A stretch of DNA of 63,683 nt, the filler included, from Octopus bimaculoides (Eukaryota), in the NCBI RefSeq assembly GCF_001194135.2. It is 6 parts of 6 records of this genome, joined end to end, with 100 filler letters (N's around TTAATTAATTAA, not from the genome) between each part and the next. Parts side by side here need not be neighbours in the genome. Positions count along the whole stretch, not along the records: positions 34,190 to 45,944 come from NC_068986.1; positions 46,045 to 49,292 come from NW_026296937.1; 4 more parts are not named here. The stretch is one strand, 5' to 3'. The position numbers and the translations under genes are program-made. How positions within the stretch are numbered: position 1 is the first letter of the stretch; the number at the start of each line of letters is the position of its first letter. Positions 36,974 through 49,392 of the stretch are shown in pieces. Below the pieces are notes generated by a model. The model worked only from the letters and a program-made list of their open reading frames with translations, ran no database searches and was not told the origin of the DNA.

Positions 36974-37212
36974 NNNNNNNNNNNNNNNNNNNNNNNNNNN
37001 NNNNNNNNNNNNNNNNNNNNNNNNNNNNNNNNNNNNNNNNNNNNNNNNNNNNNNNNNNNNNNNNNNNNNNNNNNNNNNNNNNNNNNNNNNNNNNNNNNNN
37101 NNNNNNNNNNNNNNNNNNNNNNNNNNNNNNNNNNNNNNNNNNNNNNNNNNNNNNNNNNNNNNNNNNNNNNNNNNNNNNNNNNNNNNNNNNNNNNNNNNNN
37201 NNNNNNNNNNNN

Positions 37213-37262
<50 letters not shown>

Positions 37263-37364
37263 CGTGTGTGTGTGTATACACGCACATATATGTATATATT
37301 TACAGATATATATATACAATATACATAAATACATATATACACACACACACATATCATATGTATA

Positions 37365-37402
<38 letters not shown>

Positions 37403-37404
37403 AA

Positions 37405-37480
<76 letters not shown>

Positions 37481-37640
37481 CACATATATATATATACACA
37501 CACACACATATATATATATATGTATGTATGTATGTATATATATACATACACAGACATACATACGTATATTCAGGCAATGTATACATACTTCCATATGTGC
37601 ACATACATGCATACATACATGTACATACATGCATACATGC
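36925..37640. repeat. (TA)n/(CA)n compound microsatellite with N gap
   Basis: Directly visible. Confidence 0.95.
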
Positions 37641-38129
37641 ATGTCATTTTACTGCACAACTTCATGTTTCGGTGATTTCCATCACACAGAGAGAATCACA
37701 AGACTTCAAAGTTGGTTCAGGGAAGCGGGGTGGTTTTTAGCAGTTCAAAATGTTTCGGCGAGGATGAAAGAAATTAATGCAACTGCAATCTTCTCACGTT
37801 GACCACGGCCCATAAGCCGAGGGTCAGCTGAGGTCAGATTCTCTATCATTGCTTTTGACGGAATGCTCACTGGTAACTGCCATGGTGTGAGAGCAACAGC
37901 AATTATCTTTAGCCTGGAAAATGCATATGTTATGTAAAGGGGTTAAATACTTGAACAGCATTCAAAATATCTTTTCTCCATCATACTAACATTCAACGTG
38001 AGAATATTGCACTGAACAAGTCATATTTATGAATATATGTGCATGTTTGTACGTGTGTGTGTGTGTGTAAGAGAGACAGAGAGACACAGAGAGAACGTGT
38101 GTGTGAGTGTGTGAGAAAGAGAGAGGATT

Positions 38130-38170
<41 letters not shown>

Positions 38171-38374
38171 ATGTGTGTATGTGTGTGTGAGTGAGAGAGA
38201 GAGAGTGTCTGTATGTAAGTGTGTGCGTGCGTGTACACATAATATGTATCAATGTACACACATATATGTATATGTGTGTGTGTAGAGAGAAAGAGATAGT
38301 TAGAGAGAGAGAAGAGAGAGATTATATATATACATATATACATAAGTATGTATGTATGTATGTATGTATGTATG

Positions 38375-38408
<34 letters not shown>

Positions 38409-38594
38409 TTATCTATCTATCTAACTAACTATCTGTCTGTCTATGTCATTTTCAAGCGCATCCATTTCGCTTTCACACAGATATATATGATTATATATGC
38501 AAATATACATATACATATATGAATATGTGTGTGTGTGAGAGTGAATGTGTACGTGTGTGTATGCGTATGAATATATATATATATATACCTAATA

Positions 38595-38627
<33 letters not shown>

Positions 38628-38629
38628 CT

Positions 38630-38692
<63 letters not shown>

Positions 38693-39318
38693 TACATATT
38701 TACATCAATATATGAAGATATGAAGATATACATTTATGCATACATGTATATGTATATGTATATGCATATCCTCATATATATGTGTGTATTTATCCATAGA
38801 TATGTGTGTGTTTGCATATGCATGGATATATATATGTGTGAGTCCTTCTGTCTTTGTTTATTAGAAAGCATTCTAAGAATAACGAGCGCGCGAGTGAGGA
38901 TGTGTGTGTATGGGTGTATGTGTGTGCGCACGCATGCAATCTAGAAAATACCAAAAACAAAATCCACTGACACCCGGCTATGCTTAATTTAATAACATTC
39001 TCCTTCTCGGGTGGACCCAAAATATGACTGAAATAGCTACAACAGGTGGTGGCTAATAATTAAGTTTCGGCATTGACTAAGCTAACACCGATACGTATTA
39101 AAGTTCATGAGATTAAGTTTATATATAAACTCTCAATATGTTGCATGAATGCCAGATATTCTCTGTGTGTGTCTGTGTGTGTGTCTGTGTGTATCTCTAC
39201 GTGTCATTGCGTGCGTACGTGTGTGTAATATATATATAAACACACACGTAAACGTATATTTACTTATCTAGAAATATACATATATTCACACACAGACATC
39301 TCTCACTCTCATACATAT

Positions 39319-39373
<55 letters not shown>

Positions 39374-40342
39374 CATATATATATATANNNNNNNNNNNNN
39401 NNNNNNNNNNNNNNNNNNNNNNNNNNNNNNNNNNNNNNNNNNNNNNNNNNNNNNNNNNNNNNNNNNNNNNNNNNNNNNNNNNNNNNNNNNNNNNNNNNNN
39501 NNNNNNNNNNNNNNNNNNNNNNNNNNNNNNNNNNNNNNNNNNNNNNNNNNNNNNNNNNNNNNNNNNNNNNNNNNNNNNNNNNNNNNNNNNNNNNNNNNNN
39601 NNNNNNNNNNNNNNNNNNNNNNNNNNNNNNNNNNNNNNNNNNNNNNNNNNNNNNNNNNNNNNNNNNNNNNNNNNNNNNNNNNNNNNNNNNNNNNNNNNNN
39701 NNNNNNNNNNNNNNNNNNNNNNNNNNNNNNNNNNNNNNNNNNNNNNNNNNNNNNNNNNNNNNNNNNNNNNNNNNNNNNNNNNNNNNNNNNNNNNNNNNNN
39801 NNNNNNNNNNNNNNNNNNNNNNNNNNNNNNNNNNNNNNNNNNNNNNNNNNNNNNNNNNNNNNNNNNNNNNNNNNNNNNNNNNNNNNNNNNNNNNNNNNNN
39901 NNNNNNNNNNNNNNNNNNNNNNNNNNNNNNNNNNNNNNNNNNNNNNNNNNNNNNNNNNNNNNNNNNNNNNNNNNNNNNNNNNNNNNNNNNNNNNNNNNNN
40001 NNNNNNNNNNNNNNNNNNNNNNNNNNNNNNNNNNNNNNNNNNNNNNNNNNNNNNNNNNNNNNNNNNNNNNNNNNNNNNNNNNNNNNNNNNNNNNNNNNNN
40101 NNNNNNNNNNNNNNNNNNNNNNNNNNNNNNNNNNNNNNNNNNNNNNNNNNNNNNNNNNNNNNNNNNNNNNNNNNNNNNNNNNNNNNNNNNNNNNNNNNNN
40201 NNNNNNNNNNNNNNNNNNNNNNNNNNNNNNNNNNNNNNNNNNNNNNNNNNNNNNNNNNNNNNNNNNNNNNNNNNNNNNNNNNNNNNNNNNNNNNNNNNNN
40301 NNNNNNNNNNNNNNNNNNNNNNNNNNNNNNNNNNNNNNNNNN

Positions 40343-40374
<32 letters not shown>

Positions 40375-40383
40375 TATATATAA

Positions 40384-40740
40384 TGTTGCTTCCCGATCAC
40401 ATGCTGCCGAGTTCACTTTCACTGCGTGGCACCTTTTATGAGTGTCTTCTACTATGGCGTTGTGTCGACCAAAGCTACGGGAATGGATTTGTTAAACAGA
40501 AACTGCGTATTGTTTGAGTGTGCGCATGCGCGTATCCGTGTGTGCATGTTTGTTCCACATCACAGCTTATAACTGACGTTGGTGTATCTACGTTCCCGTG
40601 ACTTAGCGGTTCTGGAATGAGTACCAGGCTTAAAAACCAAATAAGTACTGGGGCGATATTTTCTACTAAAAATCCTTCGGGGAGTTGTCCCAACATGACT
40701 GCAGTGTAATGATTCACCCAAGTAAAAGATGAAAGATGAA
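40384..40740 (+). mobile_element. SINE family B with internal GT-rich tract and tail
   Basis: Head TTGCTTCCCGATCACATG..CTGCGTGGCACC, internal GT tract, tail CCCGTGACTTAGCGGTTC...AAGTAAAAGATGAAAGATG. Confidence 0.75.
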
Positions 40741-40744
40741 TATA

Positions 40745-41657
40745 CAGGGTGTTGTAAATATATTGTCGTCTAAATTACGCAAAAATGAAAGTAACATTGA
40801 CATCTCATTTTAACAAATAAATATCAAAATTACATAAAAATATCTTCAAATACTAAAGAGTAAATATATTCAATAATACTGTCATTCGCTTCAACCGCGG
40901 CCTCCAGACAACTTCGGAATCTCCTGCAACTCTTCTGGACAGTTTCCTTGTTTATCTTGGTGAATACTGCCATAATCCTTGGCTTCAGTTCAGTTTTGGT
41001 GTTAGTATGAGTTTTGGTGGTCTCTCGCTCAACTGCGTCGCACACATATTAATCAAAGAGGTTGCAGTCTGGGGAGACAAGATGTTAGGAGTGATGTGAT
41101 CGCAGAAATTGTTTGACTGCCATTTCTGGGTTGTTGCTTATTTTGATATATATATATGTGTGTGTGTGTGTGCGTGTGTGTATGTGTGGATGTGTGTGTG
41201 TGTGTGTGTGTGTGNNNNNNNNNNNNNNNNNNNNNNNNNNNNNNNNNNNNNNNNNNNNNNNNNNNNNNNNNNNNNNNNNNNNNNNNNNNNNNNNNNNNNN
41301 NNNNNNNNNNNNNNNNNNNNNNNNNNNNNNNNNNNNNNNNNNNNNNNNNNNNNNNNNNNNNNNNNNNNNNNNNNNNNNNNNNNNNNNNNNNNNNNNNNNN
41401 NNNNNNNNNNNNNNNNNNNNNNNNNNNNNNNNNNNNNNNNNNNNNNNNNNNNNNNNNNNNNNNNNNNNNNNNNNNNNNNNNNNNNNNNNNNNNNNNNNNN
41501 NNNNNNNNNNNNNNNNNNNNNNNNNNNNNNNNNNNNNNNNNNNNNNNNNNNNNNNNNNNNNNNNNNNNNNNNNNNNNNNNNNNNNNNNNNNNNNNNNNNN
41601 NNNNNNNNNNNNNNNNNNNNNNNNNNNNNNNNNNNNNNNNNNNNNNNNNNNNNNNNN

Positions 41658-41719
<62 letters not shown>

Positions 41720-42230
41720 TGGTAGTTGTCTATTCCTTATGCAGAGTCTGACCAGCACCTGTAGCTACCCCTTAGATCCATCATAGCGTCTGATGTAGCT
41801 TTTTACACCAGACCATGTATTGAAAAGACACCTACATAGATTGCATATCCTATTTGGACCACCAAGAGCTGTAAAGTTAAGTTCTGATCTTTGTATATCT
41901 TAAAATGTCTTTTGAGGCCTCCGTTAGATTTGTAGATCTTATGGAGCTTGTTATTAGCAGAAATACAGAAATATTAATGCCATATAACTATAATTGATGA
42001 ATTCAAAACGTGTTAGATAAAATCTTGGAATCACATCCTTCAAGTTACACTTCAAAATGCCACACGAGCTTGGATTTCTCGATTAAAACCCTGTCACAAA
42101 GTGCACGGAAGACAATTTGTGTGTTAATCTGATATTACGCTTTGTAAGACTTTTTGTTTACTTCAAATAGATCTTGTGAAAATATAAATCGGCATTTCAC
42201 GAATTTTCCACTCTCCTAGTGACCACCCTG
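40745..42230 (-). mobile_element. Tc1/mariner (maT-like) element, internally deleted, with microsatellite and gap inside
   Basis: TA-CAGGGTG ... CACCCTG-TA ends. Minus-strand AVERETTKTHTNTKTELKPRIMAVFTKINKETVQKSCRRFRSCLEAAVEAND resembles a Tc1-family transposase C-terminus. Confidence 0.75.
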
Positions 42231-42483
42231 TATATATATATATACTCTGTATACTTCAAATATTTTCATAATTGTTCTTGCAGGTCGTTTAAAATCATCC
42301 ACCAAAGTCTTCTTGACAATTCAAAGCAGTGTGACCTTCATATATTCACAGAAAAAGATGGTTTACTCATGAGTTCTGCTCACTTTTTGCTTGGACTCGG
42401 TAACTGAGGCTTTTTATTTTCTTTTTCCATTATTCTTGACATTTGCTAGACTTGTTCAATATCCATGTCCTCTTCGTCCTTGT

Positions 42484-42522
<39 letters not shown>

Positions 42523-42706
42523 GAAATAGGCACGCATATTTATGGATTGGCTGGTAGATGGTAGATGGAAACATTAGGATGTAAAGATTCCAGTTTAGTG
42601 TAGAAGGAGGAACAAGTATTAGATACTGAATTCATAGTCATATAGTTTTTAAACCGAATCTAAGTTTCATGATCTTAAAAGTAAAGAAATTTCGGACACA
42701 CAAACG

Positions 42707-42754
<48 letters not shown>

Positions 42755-42868
42755 TATATATATGTGTGTGCTTACGTATATGCGTATGTGTGTGCACATG
42801 TGCGTCATTATTTTATTTAAACCTATGCATGTGTGGAGTGTATGTGTTAATATATTTGATGGAAGGAA

Positions 42869-43080
42869 GGCGGTGAGCTGGCAGAATCATTAGCACGCCG
42901 GGAAACATTTTTACCGGCATTTCGTCCGTCTATACGTTCTTGGCTCAAACTCCTCCGAGGTCGACTTTGCTGTTCATCATTTCGAGGTCGATAAAATAAG
43001 TGCTAGTTGAACACTGGAATCGATATAGTTGACTTAGCCCTCCTTCGAAATTTCTGGCATTGTGAGAAAATTTAAAATCA
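42869..43080 (+). mobile_element. SINE family A
   Basis: GGCGGTGAGCTGGCAGAATCATTAGCACGCC...CCGAGGTCGACTTTGC. Confidence 0.85.
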
Positions 43081-43461
43081 ATATATCTGAAAGAAGGGTC
43101 TTCAGTCATTCAATGCAACATTACATAATTAATGAATTTGAAATACCTGAAGCTTCAGATTTGTTTACCCTTTATGCAACTCTCATTTGATGAAGTATCT
43201 CAAACATGTGTCTTTCATTGCATATTTCATTGTATTTAGTTTTTGTGCACAACCTAAACTATTTGTGTCCTGCTGTTATTTCTCAGTGAGGAAATACTAC
43301 AGTGTCTCTGAGAGTTTGCCTGGTTTCTAATATTGGTGGGAAGAAAAGGGGAAAGTTTCCTCAAGCCAAAAGCTTGCAGCAGAGAGGATTCTGCTAAAAC
43401 CATCAAAGGACCATGCTCTACTTTAAACTGGATGATCGACTGAGTCTTCCACTTACGTAGG

Positions 43462-44479
43462 CCACGGTGGAATTTGAACTCAAAATTCAAGAAGCCGGAG
43501 TATATACTGCAGGGCATATTTATTTCTAATTCTTGAAAACGTCAGCAATTTTGAAGGGAAGAGCAAGTCGATTACGTTGATTCCAGCACTTGATTAGTTC
43601 TATTTCATCGATCTCGATGGAGTTAAAGGTAAAGTTGACCTTGGTGGAATTTGAACTTAGAACAGAAAGAGCCGAAACGAATGATGTGCTTACGATTCTG
43701 CCAAACTCGACGCCCTATTGGTTTCGAGTTTTTGCACAAATCAAGTCACAGTATTTTATTCTTCGACCTCTCATGTGATGAAATATCTCAAACATGTGTC
43801 ACCAATGTATATTTCATTGTATTCAATTTTTGTGCACAGCTTAAACTATTTGTGTCTTGAAGGGTTAATCAATTACATCGACCCAGTGCTTCACTGTACT
43901 TATTTAAATTGACTCCCAGAGGACGGACGGAATAATTGACTTTGGCAGAGTTTGAAATCGAAGCTTAAAGAGTCGGATAAAATGCCGCCCAGTCATTTGT
44001 CCGACGCGCTAACGATTCTGCCAACTCGACAATATTAATGGTTTCGAATTTTGGCACAAAGTCAGTAATTTTGGGGAAGAGTGAAGTTGATTACATCACC
44101 CCAGTTTTTAAATGGCACTTATTTTATCGGCCCCGAAATGCAAAGATGATTTTGGAGGAATTTAAACTCAGAATGTAAAAGCCGACAAAATATTATTAAG
44201 CATTTTACCCGGCGTGGTAACGAATCTGCTAGCTCGTCGCCTTTAGAGCTCGACAATAATAAGGGCGTCAAACTTTGGCACAAGGCCAGCAATTTCAGGA
44301 GTGGGAGGGAGTAAACCGATTACATCGACTCCATTGCTCATCTGGTACTTATTTTATCAACTCCAAAGAGATGCAAGACTAAGTCGACCTCGGCGGAATT
44401 TGAGCTCAGAAGGTAAACACGGACGAAATGCCACTAAGCGTTTTGACCGACATGCTAACAAATCTGCCAGCTCGCCGCC
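43462..44479 (-). mobile_element. Cluster of 4-5 head-to-tail SINE family A copies
   Basis: Repeated GGAATTT.AACTCAGAA...AACGATTCTGCCA.CTCG.CGCC units ending near 43713, 44030, 44241 and 44479, plus a fragment at 43462-43520. Confidence 0.8.
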
Positions 44480-44910
44480 ATAGCTTGACAATAATAATAC
44501 CAACAAAATCAAAATGGAGCGGGCTAATTAGAATACATATTTTGGTATTGCACACCATCACGGTGTTCCAGAGAACGTATGCGAACTAGTGAACGTTTTA
44601 CTGGTAGACCGACAACCTATCGCTATAGCCATTTGCCATTCAGTAGTGAGTTGTATACTAACATGTGATCGAATATGATCGAATGAGCAAGCATACACAA
44701 TAGCAGGCAGATTATTGATTTTTTTCTATAGATTAATAATTGTTTCGTGGTGTTCATGTAGCGGCGTTCTTTGTTATATGTGTGGCTTTCTTTATAGCCA
44801 TATAACAAGAAAATACATTACACACAGCTTCAAACAGTTTCACAGACGTAAACACATATACACGCACATACGTACACATGAGTATATATGTATATGTGTA
44901 TGCGTGTGTG

Positions 44911-44960
<50 letters not shown>

Positions 44961-45751
44961 CGTATAATTTTTTAACATTAGGGGTACACAAGTGCATCAA
45001 AGGACATAAAGAAAAGCGGTTTATGTAAGAACAAAGTCTGGAACTCAACGATTCTCCAGACAGACACGCACTCATTCATATAAACACAAACACATATACA
45101 TACGCTTACACACACAGACACACACACACACACACACATATACACATAAACACGGGGCTATGTTTCTGTATGATCTTCACATGTACTAGTTATATCAATT
45201 ATTGCGGTGACAGACTTTCCTATTGGTGATAATCAACATCAAACTTTAATCTATCCGTCATTAACTATGAATGGAGAGCCAGGTGACTTTGCTGTTCTTG
45301 GAAATGTAACGGAGTCCCCTAAAGAGTTTGAAACGAGATGGTCTGGGCTGTACGCCAACTGAAACAATGGAAAAATACCGAATATCATGAATTAAAAAAC
45401 AACAACAACAATTAAGTCTGTATGTACTATGTACTAATCTATGAAACCAATTTACTGAAAGTGACTTACATATTTCTCTCTTTCTCTCCCTTAGCATACG
45501 TACTTATACACATATTTATACATATGCACATATTCGCGCGCGCGTGTGTTTGCAATGCATGAAACTCTCGGTCTCTGAGTCACTCTGTACATCTGCCGAT
45601 TATTAATAATAAAATATATATTTATTCTGTTCTATTTTCCTCTTTCCATTTTCCATCACCAAACTTATATAGTCATTATATATATATATATTGTACCCTG
45701 ACTTTTAATATATACATATATATGTATATGTATGTATGTATGTATGTGTAT

Positions 45752-45912
45752 AGGCGTGGCTGTATAGGAAGAAGCTTGCTTCCCAATCACATGGTTCCGG
45801 GTTCAGTCCCACTGCGTGGCACCTTGGGCGCGTGTCTTCTACTTATAGCCTCGGGCCGACCAAAGCCTTGTGAATGAATTTGGTATACGGAAACTGAAAA
45901 AGTCTGTTGTAT

Positions 45913-45915
<3 letters not shown>
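45752..45915 (+). mobile_element. SINE family B head
   Basis: AGGCGTGGCTGTATAGGAAGAAGCTTGCTTCCCAATCACATGGTTCCGGGTTCAGTCCCACTGCGTGGCACCTTGGG. Confidence 0.85.
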
Positions 45916-45944
<29 letters not shown>

Positions 45945-46044
45945 NNNNNNNNNNNNNNNNNNNNNNNNNNNNNNNNNNNNNNNNNNNNTTAATTAATTAA
46001 NNNNNNNNNNNNNNNNNNNNNNNNNNNNNNNNNNNNNNNNNNNN
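45945..46044. other. Artificial assembly spacer
   Basis: 44 N + TTAATTAATTAA + 44 N. Confidence 0.95.
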
Positions 46045-46319
46045 AAGGAATATATTTTAGATTAAAAAACAGAACTTTATCTTAATTTTGAAAAATAAAA
46101 GAAGTGTGAAAAACGCATTATTTATGGAATGAACCAATAATATACATGTGTGTTTGTGTGTGTGTGTGTATGCGTGTGTGTGTGTGTGCGTTTGTGTATC
46201 TGTATGTGTGTTTGTCGCGCATACTGCTGAACAACTGATGACGGTGTATGTACATCGCCGTAACTTAGCGCTTTGTCAATAAGAGAGAGATAAAGAAAGA
46301 GTAACAGAATCATATAGAG

Positions 46320-46345
46320 ATAGTCAGGTAGACAAATAGAGAGGC

Positions 46346-46397
<52 letters not shown>

Positions 46398-47182
46398 GTA
46401 GGTAGGTAGGTAGGTAGGTTGGTAGGTATGGAGGGTAGAAGNNNNNNNNNNNNNNNNNNNNNNNNNNNNNNNNNNNNNNNNNNNNNNNNNNNNNNNNNNN
46501 NNNNNNNNNNNNNNNNNNNNNNNNNNNNNNNNNNNNNNNNNNNNNNNNNNNNNNNNNNNNNNNNNNNNNNNNNNNNNNNNNNNNNNNNNNNNNNNNNNNN
46601 NNNNNNNNNNNNNNNNNNNNNNNNNNNNNNNNNNNNNNNNNNNNNNNNNNNNNNNNNNNNNNNNNNNNNNNNNNNNNNNNNNNNNNNNNNNNNNNNNNNN
46701 NNNNNNNNNNNNNNNNNNNNNNNNNNNNNNNNNNNNNNNNNNNNNNNNNNNNNNNAGATTGAGTGAATGCAAGATAGACAGATAGATAAATAGACAGATT
46801 AATATATAGATATTTAGATATATAGACAGATACATATGTAAAAAGATAAATACATACATACACATATATACATGCATACTTACATACGCGGATACATAGA
46901 CACATAGATATGTAGGTACTTAGGTACATATATACATACATTTATTGAAAAAAAGACGTACAGTCAGATATAAAAAGTTGTGAGTGACAGACAGACCGAG
47001 ATAGAAGTTAAATAGATATTTACAAACGGACAGACAGACAGACAGAGATAGAAAGATAGATTGATACATACATACACACATACATACACACATACATACA
47101 AACATAATACATGCACACATACATAATACATACATGCATAGGCATACACATAAATATACTATTAGACAGACACATAGCTGCT

Positions 47183-47240
<58 letters not shown>

Positions 47241-47532
47241 CATATATACATACATACATACATACATAGGTATGTACATGCATATATGCATACCTGTATA
47301 GATAGATAAAGAGAGAGGGAGAGAGAGAGAGAAAGAGAAAGAGAGAAACAGAGCGAGAAATAGGGAGTCTAAAATAAAAAGAATACAGTCAGATATAAGA
47401 CTGACAAATAGACAGGTAGAGAGATAAATACAAAACAGAAAAGAGAAACAGCGTGATGAACCGAAAATAACTGGACAAGTAGATAGACAGACAGACATAC
47501 AGACAGACAGATAAATAGATATATAGATAGAC

Positions 47533-47572
<40 letters not shown>

Positions 47573-47600
47573 GGATAGACAGACATGGATAGTTTGAATG
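46320..47600. repeat. (GATA)n/(GGTA)n/(GACA)n/(CATA)n compound tetranucleotide repeats
   Basis: Directly visible; contains an N gap. Confidence 0.9.
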
Positions 47601-49292
47601 ATAGATTGATAAACACTGTTGTCAGAGAGTTATGCAGACCGACACACGGATTTATAGCGTATTAAAAGTAGCAATTGTCGCCCTCACCCCAGGTATCAAG
47701 AAGCACTCTACAACAGAGAGCACCGGGTGTTTCATAGAAGAAGGCAAATTCCGATCCTGGCAATCTTGTATGAAGGGGTCCTCTCCCAGTATACAAGTAT
47801 ACACTGACTTCTTAAAATATTTATCGGATTCTCATTTATGTGAAAGATTCAGTTTTCACTACTTTGACGGCATCGATTAATTGAAGTTAGTCAGTCCCCA
47901 AAGCAAGTAGCTAGTAGCCTGCAAGTAGCAACTCAGTCCCAGAAGCAACTAAAATTATTCTGGGAATTGTGAAAGGACATAGGAAAGAAAAACAACAAAA
48001 GCAAGAGATATGAAAGCCAACACTCCCCAAATAGTTTCTGTAAAATTCATAATTAATTTATTAATTATGTATGCGTATATGTAGATATGTGTATATCTAT
48101 CTTTCTAGTTATCCATATATATATATATATANNNNNNNNNNNNNNNNNNNNNNNNNNNNNNNNNNNNNNNNNNNNNNNNNNNNNNNNNNNNNNNNNNNNN
48201 NNNNNNNNNNNNNNNNNNNNNNNNNNNNNNNNNNNNNNNNNNNNNNNNNNNNNNNNNNNNNNNNNNNNNNNNNNNNNNNNNNNNNNNNNNNNNNNNNNNN
48301 NNNNNNNNNNNNNNNNNNNNNNNNNNNNNNNNNNNNNNNNNNNNNNNNNNNNNNNNNNNNNNNNNNNNNNNNNNNNNNNNNNNNNNNNNNNNNNNNNNNN
48401 NNNNNNNNNNNNNNNNNNNNNNNNNNNNNNNNNNNNNNNNNNNNNNNNNNNNNNNNNNNNNNNNNNNNNNNNNNNNNNNNNNNNNNNNNNNNNNNNNNNN
48501 NNNNNNNNNNNNNNNNNNNNNNNNNNNNNNNNNNNNNNNNNNNNNNNNNNNNNNNNNNNNNNNNNNNNNNNNNNNNNNNNNNNNNNNNNNNNNNNNNNNN
48601 NNNNNNNNNNNNNNNNNNNNNNNNNNNNNNNNNNNNNNNNNNNNNNNNNNNNNNNNNNNNNNNNNNNNNNNNNNNNNNNNNNNNNNNNNNNNNNNNNNNN
48701 NNNNNNNNNNNNNNNNNNNNNNNNNNNNNNNNNNNNNNNNNNNNNNNNNNNNNNNNNNNNNNNNNNNNNNNNNNNNNNNNNNNNNNNNNNNNNNNNNNNN
48801 NNNNNNNNNNNNNNNNNNNNNNNNNNNNNNNNNNNNNNNNNNNNNNNNNNNNNNNNNNNNNNNNNNNNNNNNNNNNNNNNNNNNNNNNNNNNNNNNNNNN
48901 NNNNNNNNNNNNNNNTTATCGGTCGTAACATTTCTTAAGCATGCTACAGAGGAATGATCATTAATGAAGTTGAATAAGTCTACAATTGTTTTTTATTCCA
49001 TGTTTTTGCTTCTTTTTCGTAATTAAATTTCTTTTTCTATGATTATATTTATATAAAATACCATTTTTAGTGGTGGCTGTTTGTGTTTGTATGGATCTCA
49101 GAACATTGTTTTGCCATAGTTCCTATAAAGCTGCGAGGACGGTAGATTTTCTACTTTTATTTTGCTACCTTCAATAATTGCAGGATTTACTGAATGCCCT
49201 GCGTAGGGCATTTCGTATGTTCCCGTCAGTTTCGGGACAGCTTGTCTGCTCCCCACCACCACTCGCAATAGGTTCGTGGCTGCTACAAAGAG

Positions 49293-49392
49293 NNNNNNNN
49301 NNNNNNNNNNNNNNNNNNNNNNNNNNNNNNNNNNNNTTAATTAATTAANNNNNNNNNNNNNNNNNNNNNNNNNNNNNNNNNNNNNNNNNNNN
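49293..49392. other. Artificial assembly spacer
   Basis: 44 N + TTAATTAATTAA + 44 N. Confidence 0.95.

Noticed and set aside
37652-37695. Minus-strand GTGAT-GGAA-ATCACC-GAAACATG as a hammerhead
   Set aside because: Core and cleavage triplet both need indels to fit; too degenerate to support.
39070-39115. Minus-strand hairpin followed by GCCGAAAC
   Set aside because: No correctly spaced CUGANGA core and no stem I.
39260-40422. ORFs of 200-380 aa here and at other gaps
   Set aside because: They consist of X residues across N runs; no real coding signal.
45273-45368. Short ORF MNGEPGDFAVLGNVTESPKEFETRWSGLYAN
   Set aside because: 31 codons, with no recognisable family or supporting splice context.
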